Of a stretch of 64,000 nt of DNA, positions 23,456 to 36,800 are shown piece after piece (position 1 is the stretch's first letter; each line of letters starts with the position of its first letter). This DNA comes from Stylophora pistillata. Taxonomy: Eukaryota. The stretch is from NCBI RefSeq assembly GCF_002571385.2, contig NW_019217861.1, forward strand, positions 547,529-611,528, in the 5' to 3' direction. The position numbers and the translations under genes were made by a program. The notes under the pieces were generated by a model. The model was not told the DNA's origin. It worked only from the letters and a program-made list of their open reading frames with translations, and did not search any database.

Positions 23456-24456
23456 TTCAGCCATCCAGCCGCCTGTTTGTCTTTGATGACCCCAAGCCCA
23501 AAGGGTCAACCTAATTTTAATATGAATAGTTGCACTTGAAGATCTGTTTGGTGTCTTTTCGTAAATTTAAGAACGACTTTGTTTTCTAACAGCTCTAACG
23601 GTGCGTTACAAAGCGTGTTATAAAGATTAGCACCTTGCAACAAACAAATAATCCTTTTTTGAGAAAATTAAATATTCACATCAAAATATCACGGAAAAGG
23701 AAAAATTATGTCAGGTACTGACAGCGCAATTGAGTGGTTGCTTAGGCCCGATTCCAGTCGACGTGATTGTAGTTGTCGGGTATTTTGTGCATGACCTCAC
23801 GTTTTCAGACTTGTAACGACCCAATTCTGCTTTAATTGCACATTTTGAACAAAGAGCAATGAGGAGAGATACGAACATATTAGAGGTGCATTATCTATTT
23901 TTGATTAGAAAATAAAAACGCCGAGTGTATAAATGAATGCACAACATTAGCGTCTTTGCTATCCGTTACTAGCTTGAGTTCATTCAATAGTAAAAACTCT
24001 GAAACAGAAAAACTATTTTTGCAGTTTCTTTTCCTTTTTACCAAAGACCGTACAATAAGCTCTTTGTGTGTTTACTAGCCTTGTACTTAACACAGGTTTA
24101 AGTTTCTCCAACTTTAATTTGTTTCGTTCCAGAAAAAAAGGCCACATAGCGAAGCAACACTATTTTGCGAAATAAATTGAGGATTTCTTTTGAAAATAAA
24201 CAAACATGCTAAAAGTGTATTTAGCTGTAGCCCGAGTTCTCAGGGCTTCAAGTTAAAAGCAATGAGACCATTCCTCACGCGCAGGAATTTCGGACTTTTT
24301 TGAAGTACTTACGTTTTTATTAATTATGAATCACGAGAGCTTGGCTGACAAATGCTCTGAAAAAAAACTGCAAACTATTTTATATTATTTGTATATGTTT
24401 TGGCCTTTTGATAGTTAAGAAAACAGTTTACAGCTGAAATTAGGAGACAGCAAGTT

Positions 24457-27400
24457 GACCTTAAGTGGGTCTATATTTGCATTGGTCTGATGTGTTCGGT
24501 CTCTTCATCTGCCCGTGGTATGGGTACATTGTGCTGAATGGCTCCAGTATTCCTGATTTAGGATGCACCATTTCAAGGCTTCCCCATTTGTATCTTAATA
24601 CTATAGTTATTTCATTTTTAGCGCGAACTTGGCCATATCACCTGGCTAATTCCCCAGCAAAATTAATTAATTATCATAAACATATAAATCAGTATTTTTT
24701 TGCATAAACGATCGCGTATGATGAACCAGTCGTGCTCTAATTCTCATCTTAGTGCTACTTCTTCCTTATACGCTCATAAAAACCCAGAAAATAACAATGT
24801 TTTCACCTCTTCTAGTCAACGCTAACGTCGAAGTAGACAAACTAAAATATTAGAACGGATCCATAATGAGTAAATTGAATCTGTTTCATGAATATCATAT
24901 GTATATGTGTTTTGCTGGATCACCACCAACAAGTTACGATTTTTTTCTTATTATCGATAGCTTTCGACATCATGTTTAATAAATCATCTCAGTGAACACA
25001 ATGTTACAACGAAATGCTTAAATCATCGAGTCTTGTATTTGCTACTATAGTTTCACCTGTAGCCAGTTGTTATAACTGAAATTTTGTTTGTGTTTTGGCG
25101 TCTCTGCGAATGAAAGTCACTTTTAAGCCGCTTTCCCACTTACCAGCTAACTGAGTGAACTTCCTTGTATAATGTGCATTGCGTTGAACAGTCGTTGCTG
25201 CTGTTTGAAATTTTCTTAAAGATGGCGTGCGAGCTGTGTTTTTGGATGCCATCTTTATCGATTCCTGGAGAAACACCTAGTTCACTGTCAAATAAATTTA
25301 TGTAAAAAACTTGATTCTAGAAAGATTATCTCTCATGATAATGTCATATTTGGGCCATCAAATGGTTCTCTAGAAACGGTAATACTGCACTGAGTTGAAA
25401 CAATCATTTTTCTTTGAAAGGCTTGAACATTGCCAAAAAACTAACTAATTGCTTGATATCTTCTCCAGTAATAATTGATACCTTCAGAATTGAAATCTTA
25501 TGGAAAAAAAATTTAAAAAGCTCATTACAATTTTTAATAAAGAAGGCGGCTGAACATAACTGTTACGGTTGCTACAAAAATAACATATTGGAAATATTCA
25601 GCATTTCCCTGGAATCGGGAGCTACGAATATTTGTAAACTGAGACGATAAAATAAACATCACATGAAACGTCAGTAAGTTGATTTATGGTTGGAAACAAC
25701 TTGTTACTGTTAATTCAACATCGAAGTGTCCACTTCATAGCGATTTCTTAGATGATCGCCAAATAAAATATAATTCAGATTTTTTTTCATCTTCAACATA
25801 CCATGTACAGGATAACTTTGATTTCGAAAAAATTTTTTGTTTGTTTCATTTTCAGTTAAAAGGGCTTACTGGATAGTCAGTCACTGCCAATGGACCCTGA
25901 TTTGAAGGAAAGCTTCAACAGGTTGAGGAAACATGTCAGTCACTAAAAACGAAAAGTCAGTTGGGCTTCGTATGCTGGTTAGTACCTTAAAAAATGCCTC
26001 ATTGGGATAACTCTTTTTTAATAATGAAGACACTTTTATTTTATTTTCATAACGATGAAAGTCCTTTCAACCGAAGTTTCAGACTCACAGGAAAATTTTC
26101 GGTAAATAGGTTCCTGAACGAGAGTTGTGATATCTGACATTTAAACTATTCAAGAGATTCTTATAGATTGGATTATTAGAAAAATCCGCCTGTGTTTCCA
26201 AGAATGTTAAATGAGCTCGGATATTGAATTGAAGGACTTGACATGGATTGGTGAGAAAAACGTAGATGAAAAGCTATGGACATTTGAGAAAATTACTAAA
26301 AAAATACCCCAAAGAAATACACCAATTCACCTCACCTTTTACTGACTCATATACAAAAAATAAATCAGTTGCAATGTTTTTTCACTTTAGTCGGATGAAC
26401 TCCAGAGTTCCATGCAGATCAGTTCAGAGATTGTTTTTCAACATGAATATTTTATACTCATGTTGCTGGTACAATTGTCATCAAATAAATTCTTGCATTA
26501 AAACTGACCAAAACACTCAGCTTTTTATTAACCTCTTGAACAACAGGCAATGAAATGTAAATCCTATCGACGCTGTCTTGTTGGTGGGTTTGGTAATCTT
26601 TGCTGTTTATCTGCTCTTTTGTTTGTTTGTTTGTTTGTTTGTTTGTTTTTCAGTGCATGTTTTCAGATCCTTTGTTACAGTCCTGAATGCACCTATTTTG
26701 AAAGCAGTTACCGGTATCTGACCCGCCGAACAGTTCACCTATAAAAATCACCATATTCGGCCAAAACTAAAGAAACTTGAAGACGTGTCATATAATTTTT
26801 TAAAGTCGGTTCGTAAGCAATATAATATGCAACGACTTAGTGCAAACTGCAGCAGACCTAACTCTATACCAGAAATAGAGATGTTTTGTTTTTGTTGTTT
26901 TTTTTTTGTAATATACTGACTACAGAAAAAGAGCATGAAATGATTTCTATTCTGATGTTTTTTTGTGAGCCCACGAAGAAGAAATCCTAAATAATTCAAA
27001 ATCAGCAGGAACTGCACAATGCTTAAGTCTAGGCTACAATCATGAGGTAGTTTGACACACGTTTAAGCTGAGGGACGCTCTCTATCCGCGAGCGACAAGT
27101 CCCAGTTCAAATTATTATTTAACGATATATATTGTACAACGATGTACTTACTTCGTGCCTTGACTATTACTGATGTGTGTCGAGCTCCAACTTTAATATT
27201 GTTAGCAGCTCGCTGAAACAATTAAAGTTTAGGTCTCGCACCACCAGGTGCTTTTTTAGCTTCCATGTTCACATCGAATGTCACCCCGTTTTTTTATTTA
27301 TTATTTCNAAAAANGNTNNNNNAAANNNNNGCCGACTGAAAAGAGAAACAATACAATTTTTTGCCACTAAACCGTTCTCTGGAAACCGACCTTTGTCCAG

Positions 27401-27648
27401 ACTGACCCTCTGGCTCAGATGCTAATATAGAACTTAATTTTTATCAGTTTCCACGGTGATTTTGCCGGAACGCTAGCGTGATGGCGAACTGATGCAAAGT
27501 CGATCCAGTTTAGTTTTCATACGTAGGCATCAAATATGGAGTGAAGAAATGCTTTTTTTTTCTGAGGCCTCAAGGAGAAACAGGTCTGGCAGCTGCAAGT
27601 GTGTCATAACAGCTTAAAAGCAGTATTATGAATCATTTGGTTTTGATA
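24457..27648 (+). repeat. About 3.2-kb non-coding segment duplicated at about 53752-57552
   Basis: Collinear direct repeat with scattered substitutions and indels, e.g. gggtacattgtgctgaatggctccagtattcc and cagcttaaaagcagtattatgaat in both copies. Confidence 0.92.
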
Positions 27649-27971
27649 CATTACATTCTTGAATAATGATACTGGATGATTTAAATTTTCCTAAATTAAG
27701 TAAATATCAATTCATAATGAATGATATGGAAAAACCGACATAGAAGGCAACTCAACTGTCGCTTACAAATTAAAATAAACTGCTGAGATAAACTGAACTC
27801 ATACTGAAATACAACTCTACGACTTTACCTTACATAAAGGGTCTGGCCTTGAACAAGCCATGCTGTATCATTAAGATATCGTTGTCAACGGACCCTGATT
27901 CTTACCGTAGCATATTACATCATTAAAGCCCAAGAAATATTAAAAATCGATTAGCTTAAGCTTAGCCCTAG

Positions 27972-28178
27972 CTTTGACCCCTACCGGTGACTAGCATTTA
28001 ATTTCTCCTTAAAATATCACCCCTGAATCAGCTATGAAGGTCACGAAAATAAAAGAAATGATCACCAAAAGAGGAACCTCTAGATTGTTAAAAAAAACTC
28101 TCCTCGTTAGCACCTTAGATAATGTACAGAGAGCGGTATAGAGAATATGAATACTTATCTTAGGGTGCGCAGGAATAA
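27972..28178. mobile_element. Degenerate copy of a short interspersed MITE-like repeat
   Basis: gtgactagcatttaatttctcctt...atcacccctgaatc...gaaatgatcacc...ttagggtg resembles an abundant coral repeat as I recall it; ends are eroded. Confidence 0.45.
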
Positions 28179-28610
28179 CGCTCGGCTGAATATACTCCCC
28201 TGCAAAGCTTGACTTTAGGCCAAAGATATCAAGGAAACGATAAACTGAGTCGGTCAAAGGTGTTTTATGCGGAAGTGTTGTTTTATTCAGTTTGAGATGT
28301 ATCATTAAATTATTGACCAAATATTAATTAATAAGTTGTGATGAAATCAATTTCATTTGATCTAGGGATGAAAACCAAGCAAATATACCTCACCCCCAGC
28401 GTGAGCCTGGGTTCGAGTCCCGTCGAAGCCTGAATTTCTTCGAGGATAATTTCCTCACAATTTACAATTTTTTTTAATTCTTTATAATTTATTTATTTTC
28501 AGTTAGTTGTCAGTTGGTAGCATTTTCCCCTTTTCCAATGTTAATGTTGTAACTAATGAAAAAAAATTACGTATGCATCAAAACTTTATCTATTCACTCT
28601 GATGCTATTT

Positions 28611-29850
28611 CGTCCTCGGAGACCCAGGGGCTGTGGGTCGATTTCAAGTTAAGGCATGAAGAGCCCCTGGGGACATTGTCTTACAAGACTAGTTCCAAAC
28701 GGTCGCAGTCGTTCTGGCATCTGATTGGTGCCAGAAAATCTTTGTGTTTTTCTGCCCAATCAGAGTGAAGTGTGCTTTAGATCNNNNNNNNNNNNNNNNN
28801 NNNNNNNNNNNNNNNNNNNNNNNNNNNNNNNNNNNNNNNNNNNNNNNNNNNNNNNNNNNNNNNNNNNNNNNNNNNNNNNNNNNNNNNNNNNNNNNNNNNN
28901 NNNNNNNNNNNNNNNNNNNNNNNNNNNNNNNNNNNNNNNNNNNNNNNNNNNNNNNNNNNNNNNNNNNNNNNNNNNNNNNNNNNNNNNNNNNNNNNNNNNN
29001 NNNNNNNNNNNNNNNNNNNNNNNNNNNNNNNNNNNNNNNNNNNNNNNNNNNNNNNNNNNNNNNNNNNNNNNNNNNNNNNNNNNNNNNNNNNNNNNNNNNN
29101 NNNNNNNNNNNNNNNNNNNNNNNNNNNNNNNNNNNNNNNNNNNNNNNNNNNNNNNNNNNNNNNNNNNNNNNNNNNNNNNNNNNNNNNNNNNNNNNNNNNN
29201 NNNNNNNNNNNNNNNNNNNNNNNNNNNNNNNNNNTTTTTTTTCAAGCGAAGATGAGATTAGATTTTGGCACGCACAGAAAGTTGCGCAAGTACCAGTTGC
29301 TCGACATACCTGCGTGGCCCGTGCGACGAAATAACTTCACGGGATGGGCAAAGTTTCAGTCACAGCAAATTATGCAAAAAATCTAGAAAAGATTTAAGCT
29401 GAAATCTCGTTTAACGTTTAAAGCGACATATCAATGACTTCAACCATCGTGTTGTATACAAACTTCACAAACTTTAAAACACGTTCTCTAGTGATACCTG
29501 CAAAAGTATTCAGTATAATTTCCGGTCAGATTTTCGCGGACAATCTGATCGATTTCTTTTACATTGTGTGCCGAGACTGAAACTTTTCACCTCAAGCAAT
29601 TCCCCGTCTCACGGCCCAAACAAACATAGCGAACAACTGAGCTATTAGTATTTGTCCGTGTTACAACACACGAAAGGACTCCAAAGCACACTTCACTCTG
29701 ATTGGGCAGAAAAACACAAAGATTTTCTGGCACCAATCAGATGACAGAACGACTGCGACCGTTTGGAACTAGTCTTGTAAGACAATGTCCCCAGGGGCTC
29801 TTCATGCCCTAACTTGAAATCGACCCACAGCCCCTGGGTCTCCGAGGATG
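28611..29850. mobile_element. Non-autonomous DNA transposon, Mutator/MULE-like
   Basis: About 168-bp near-perfect TIRs (28611-28778 / 29683-29850); 9-bp TSD atgctattt (28602-28610, 29851-29859); internal N-gap. Confidence 0.85.
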
Positions 29851-30839
29851 ATGCTATTTATAGTATTCATTGATTTGATGAGCCTTACCATTAAGTTTGA
29901 GCTTTGCTCACTCTGCATGAAATTCACTTTCGTTCGAATAAATCATCATAATTATATCATCAAACATGACCATTCCCACAAAGAAATTGTTTCGAGTTTC
30001 ATTTTTATTACCACTTAAATAAAATATAGGATACAAGTTATTTCCTACCCACACTATTCCCTACTCGAATGCGATCAAACTTAGGCCATTAGAAAGCTAA
30101 CCTGCTTATCAGAGCTTCATTCATATCTGTTTTAGCGAGTCTATGTTTTGTTGTGTCTCCCTTTGAGGATGCGTTAAAGTCCCCGGAAATTTTCTATCTC
30201 CACAATCTTAACAAGATTTGAGTACACTACCAATAACTAATAGCTTCTATTTTTGACTCTTGATAAATTAAGATATTGGGCAGTTCAACTGATGGCCTCA
30301 GTCAAAGGCAATCCTATTGCTCTTCGAATAAGGTGAATAAGGTAACTCCAAACATGATTTTGGTGTTACCAGTTCCTGATTTCCCTTCATAAAGAGAAGA
30401 ATAATATCTGTCAAAAACAGTAATATTTCAATCATATTTCAAAATGCCAAGGAGCCTTGTTCTTAAAGATCTATTCAAACATGAAAACAAGACATCTATT
30501 TTGCATGTGATGTATCATAAATTTTTCCTTTATGTGACATAATCAGCAACGGATAGGCAGTGTTGCGTGACATTTAATCCACAATGGAGAGAGAATGACA
30601 AAAGATATCTACGGGCTTCGAGATTCGAAAACATTTACCTGACTTTTACAAAGGGATTTCATTTGAGTTCCCGATCGCAAAACCGCCCATGGACCGATGT
30701 GTGGACTAATAATCAACAGCCTTTCAAACAATCTTCGCTAGTCAAACAACCCTCTGATTAACATCGAAGTTAACTGAAAGATCGTTTCTTTGGAAGAAGG
30801 CTTTAGGATTTTTGATATTGCTACCAAACGTGATCGACG

Positions 30840-33800
30840 ATGAATATAGAATACATCCATATGAAAGGTAAGAGAGATAGTGGTAGCATAAAGCAGGATA
30901 AGATGTTAGTTAGAGTTAACGAATATCGTTTGTTTTGAATGCCCATTTACGCAAATTGTAATAATTTGCATGTGATAACTGCTGCATCTCAGGCTCTCAC
31001 TCACGATCGTGGAATCGCCATTATTAAAAGATTATGTCCTATTATAGTCTAAAAAGCAGTGAAAGCATCAGAGGGGCCTTTAAATGTTCCTCCGTAGGGC
31101 ACATATGTACCTAGAGAGAACAAAAAGCAACGGTGCGTAATCAAGACTGACTTATGTAAAGTAAATTTAGACAATTTCTTCCAAGCTGTATCAAAGCATA
31201 ATTTCTGTTTCTTTGAGTAAAACTGACTACTGAAAATCTCAACGTATTGAAAATTTCAATTCAGTCGATCTACGTGCCTTGCAAGCTAATAAAGTGCTTT
31301 GCAAGCTAATAACGTGCTTCGAGATACATATTTTGGACGTTGATACCTATTCTTTGTTGTGTTTTACGCGCCCTAACAATCTCTTTTGTTCTGTCGAGAG
31401 CCTTAGCTGTACGAGACCACTGAAGCGACACTTGGTGTGTGCCAAATTTAAATACTGAAGCTTCAAGTAATCTCTAGCTCACTGTCAACTGTAAATTATA
31501 CAAACTTTTTTGCCATTTCAATTTCAAAGGGGTTACAAAAGGCCGGGGAAAATACGTGTAATACTAAGAATTTTTCGGAATATTTCTGCACGCATGCACA
31601 ATCGCTATGCATTACGATTACCCACTAAGATCCAATAAAATTTTCATGCTACAGGGTTCATCAGCAGTCCCTAATGGACCCTCGCACACTTCGGTTTCAA
31701 AAGGTTTTTCCTCGCTCTTGAAGTACAGAAAATGATGTGTGTTCAAGAAAAAAAGGGTCTAAACGCAAGTTCAAGAATTTTTTGTCTGCAATGCCGCTCT
31801 AGCCAATCATGAAAATTGATTATGATAAATAAGACTAGCTATTGAAATACCTTGTTGCAAATTCCATTAGATAGGTGAAGAGTCATTAAACGAACGAGAT
31901 CTTTATGTTTTTATCTTATTTAATAACCACTCAAATTTCAATGTAACTATACATATTGTAGCCATTATTTGGCAATATTAGCACCCTAGTTCAAGCTTTT
32001 GCGACTCTTCCAAAAATAATCTTAGGACTAGCGAGAGTAATAAGTTTTATGAGGGTCGTAGACACGTGATCTTACGTACCCGGGGCGGGCTGAGAATAAA
32101 ATGATAAATCAGGTGCATGAAAGCCTCTATTCTCTGCTTCCAGAGAGAGGCTGCTTTCTCATTCGAAGTATATAATTATCATTTTAAGTTGAAGACTAAT
32201 TATTTTGGGGGGAATTTGCTTTCTCCACAGACAGTCAATTGGACAGGCATGAGAGGGTTTTCACTCGATGGATCAATCTTCATTTAGCAAATGTAAGAAT
32301 CACAGGAAAGAGTATGAAGCGCCATGATGGAGTGATGTATGGTGGCAGGGGTTTGTTATTTGAAGGTCTAAGGATATTGGATCCTCGACTCTGTTGCTTG
32401 ATTGCATTTAGCTCTTTTGCTGTCCTTCGTAAAAAATCTTGGGATTATTTGTCCACCAAGAGGAAGATTTTCTTATCCTACCTAAAGATGATGTTGCTTT
32501 AAGTGGAAGTTCGCAGTAAATGCAGTTACATTGTCATGTGACTGCAATGGGTGAAACCAAAATCAACACTAGGAATGTAGATATAAAATTCCATCTTTAA
32601 GTAGAGTTAGTTCCACAAATCTAGCTTTCAAGCGAGTGCCCAAGGAATTTCTGTTGAGACCTGCAGTGTAGGCCTCAAGCTACAGCAGGGATTTGGAACG
32701 ATTCACTCTTCTTACAATCATGATGTCTTTCATGTCATTTTGTTTTGTTTTGTATTTTTTTTTTCTTTGTCTACAATATCAAAAACTGCTGGTCCATTCT
32801 TTAGTTTCTGAAATTTCAAGAACACTTTCTACAGGCGAATCCTCCAGTAAAAGTCACTGATCTCGTCAATGAATCGAAAGATGGGCACGTTTTACTCACA
32901 CTTGTTGAAGTACTTCTTGGAGTAAGAGTTTTAAGAGACACGAGAACCAGCCGCATAGCTAACATTAAAAATGTCCAAGAGGCTATGGGATACTTGACAA
33001 GAAACAAGGTATGCATGAGTAAAGCAAGTATGAAGTGTTTGGGTCCACTCTATGATTGTTATTTCTTTCATCTCGAATATTGACTTATAGTGATTAAAAG
33101 AAGAAGATTAATCTTTTCAGACCAGACAAATTGAGCCAAATCTAAGTGAGGTAACTGACACGTGAAGCTCAATGGATGCTGTCAAATAATATAATGAATT
33201 CGGAATGAAGCTGTAAATTGTAGTGAAACTCTGTACCGCCCGTGCAACTCAGGGATCACCGAGGCACTTTTGAAAAGCAGGAAGTTAAATTATGCAGTTA
33301 TTTTCGTATTTATTCCTAGGTCCGAACGGGTAGTGTAATCGCCAGTGAGATCGTGTCAGGTGTTCAGCGGGCCACGTTAAGCTTGGTGTGGAGTATCATC
33401 TTTCATTTTCAGGTGGTTTATATTTTATTTTGGATACTGATGCAACTTATTTTTCTATGTTTATTAAAGTTCTGGTTTTATTTCAGCTTTTAAATTTCTC
33501 CTTAAAAGCCTTACAAATCTTTTCTTTCTGAATCTTCTTTCCTATTTATTTGCTCTTTACTCTTTTCTCCTTTACTTCTTTCTCCTTTCCGAACCGTTTC
33601 GGCCTACATCGTACTATTTTGTAATGTTTTCTCTTAAGTGATTTTTGTGTCCACTTATTTCCCTCGAAAGGTACTCGAGGCGATGCAACCCTCTCAAACA
33701 GATTATGGAGTCAGTCAAAAGCTTCTAGCATGGTGTCAGAATCAGTTGAAAGGGTTTGTATCTTTTACGAATTCATGATCAGTAACGTTGATTGATTCTT

Positions 33801-36800
33801 ATGATGAATTATGAAACATTTTCATGTTGCTATGCAAAACTGTTTTACTTCCACATCTTCTTTATTCTCTATAGGGAATGCACACTATGGCACACTATCT
33901 AGACAGAATTTCTGGGTAGCTCAGTACTCTAGTGTTTAACTTTACTGTCTTCTTTTGATCTACAACAGATACAGAGGTAAAGTAGAAGTGACAAACTTAA
34001 CTACGAGCTGGATGGATGGTTTAGCATTTAATGCACTGCTTCACTCTTTCAAGTAGGTCTTACTTGTTGGTATCCGTTCAGGCTGTGGTAAACATGATTA
34101 TGCTTATTATTAAACGTAGTGAACGGTCTCTTATCTCTTCGCTTTGGTGCCCAATCTGTGAAAGCAACTTGTCATTTTGCCATAATATTATCGCCCATTT
34201 GTTGCAACCACCACACCTCACACGTTTATCATACTTATAACCTCTTTCCATGACATCTTTAACTTAAGGAACATATCAAATACGAGAAATTACTCATCTT
34301 GGAAGCAAGTTCAACAATCGGAAAATTCTCTCTCCATGATAGATCTGCATCGGATATTAGTGATCATTGCCTGTTTTTGTCATTCCATAGTCCATCTCAC
34401 TTTAATTTTGATGCAATATCAAGTGACGGGGATAAACGTCTTGTACATGCCCTTAGCCTGGCGACAAAAGAATATGGAGTGCCTCCTATTTTTGACTTAG
34501 AAGGTAAAGTTGTTACTTGGCATCTATAATGCAAGTACTTATGTAAGGACATCTTCCAATGAGAATTTCGTGTAATCAAACTCCTTTTGTATTTCAAGCC
34601 TTAAAAAGTTTCCTCAAGTAAGTGATTTACTGAGAAAGAGCTATATTTACTCAATTTACCTGGAAGCTGGGGTCTTGCGGTTTAGTGTATACATGTACTT
34701 TAGACTGGTAACGTGTAGTGTGTTCTCGATAAAAGACAAGTCGATTAATATTTGTTGTTGTTCTTTCAAGATTTTGGAGTCGAAACACCAGATAAAAATA
34801 TGATTTCGCTTTTCTTATCATATTTGTATCAATTCACGAGGAGAGGAGCTCTATCGGTCGAGAGTTTTGAAACAGTCAAGAAACAAACATCATCAGAAAT
34901 AAAAATGGTGAGTACACTTGAATAAAGATGTTATTTGTCAAATTATGCAAAAAAGTATTTTAAAAAAATCCAAAAAAATTAAATAAGATTTTTTTTTACC
35001 GAAAGCAATTACGTGCCTCAGAAAATCTCTTTGCTACAGATGCAGAAGTACGACTTTCTGCCCAACGATTGGAATCTTCGACCTCTGAGGTGCCCCAGGA
35101 AACTTTGACTGGAATGTTTTACAGCTAACCCGCCTTAAGAGTGGAAAACTCAGCCACTGAGCTTTGTCCTCTTTCGATGTTACAAGCTTCCGGATTAAGT
35201 GTTAAAAGAAGAGGAAGAAAAGAAAAGAACTCTAACAAACGTTTTGCAAAAACTACTTGTAAACGTTTTGTTATGAAGGCAGATACTAGCGATTTTTAAA
35301 GAATCAGTTTTGATTGCTGAACTTTCTATGACAGGAATACAAAGTACAGACCGTTTCCTCACAGTATGAAACGTCGAGTTCACGTGCTACAACTTATGAT
35401 GTCCAAACAACAACCACAACTCAACAGGGAAAGAATGAGACTGTCTTTTATGAAAACCAGTCTGCGGGAAATGAACGAGTTCTTCATTTGACTGGTTTCC
35501 CTTCATCAATTCAGATACAAGAGGTGGGGTGATTCAGTTCTTATTTCTCTTCTGATTAATAATCTCCTTCGCAACCGTTCTTTTGCATGCCGTAACGCGA
35601 CTCCTCATCGAGTTTCTCTAAGGGGGCAGTGTTCCGCGACATCCAAATAATGCCAACAAAGCAGACTTTTATGAGAATAACACTAATTCAATTCGTATAA
35701 CGCTAATAATGCTGAAAATACTTAAATGAAGCTGAACGTGATCTTCGCTCCTATGAACACTACTTAAGCAATAGTGATTTTTTCAGGATTTATTTTGAAG
35801 CAGTAAATGTTTATTACTGCGAGGATCACTCTCATCTTCATTTACTATTCTGCTGTTCAATTATATGATATTTATATATTTACAGTCGTTCAATGGTTAA
35901 ATGTACAGGATAATGAAAAGCTTATGTAATTTACTCAATTTTAGGTTTACGATTGTAGAGAGTTACTGTAAGTTAGTAAGATACTTGAGGGTTGTTCTGC
36001 TACTAAAGTTATCACCTTTCGCTGTTTCTTGTTTTCAGCGAAGAGGTTTTGTTGTGTCGCCGTTTGGAAACCTCTCGGGTAGTTCCTCCAGAAATTCATC
36101 GAGAACCACAAGTCCTGAATTAAAGGTACTGAAAAACACGTGAGAGAGTTCGAGAAATCTACGCAAGCAGATTGCATTCATCTTAAAAGCTTTATTTCTG
36201 GGGGTTCTCTCTAGCTATTTCATGATCGCTTCTATTTTTGGAGATCGGTGCCGTTAATGAGGTCTGTGCTTTGAGTGATGCATCAGCATTCCACTAACCT
36301 CCCTCTTGTAACACGCCGTTATTCACATTCTTTATACTTTGAACAAGGAACTGCTGGCTGGTATCGTTTAATTTTTTTTGTTTATACCTCAACGCTGGAT
36401 TGAAAGATTAATTTTATCTTAACCGCCATTTGATAAATGGTTTCACTCTTTTAGGAGCTTAAAGACGAACCTTTAACGTTCACATCATCACCTCAAATGT
36501 CATGGAATGAATCATACGAGTACAAGGTTGCCACCCATAGTATTACATCAGATAGTCATGTGACATCCACCACCAGCACCAAGATGGTACATATATGTTC
36601 GCCACATTTACACGAACAAGCCTTCGAAAAGTTGTGTCCTAAACACATTCCCAGTCAACACCTATCAAATACACTAAGCAATGAAGCCTTGCTTGAACAA
36701 GAATAGGCTTTTTGCAGTTGATCTAGGAGTTTTACTCATTTTTTAATCATCTGCAAAGACACATTTCACCCTTGGGAAGTCCAGAGGCGGCAAAGAGATT

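Noticed and set aside
24457-27648. Protein-coding gene within the duplicated 3.2-kb segment
   Set aside because: Short ORFs differ by frameshifting indels between the copies and show no motifs or consistent splice pattern.
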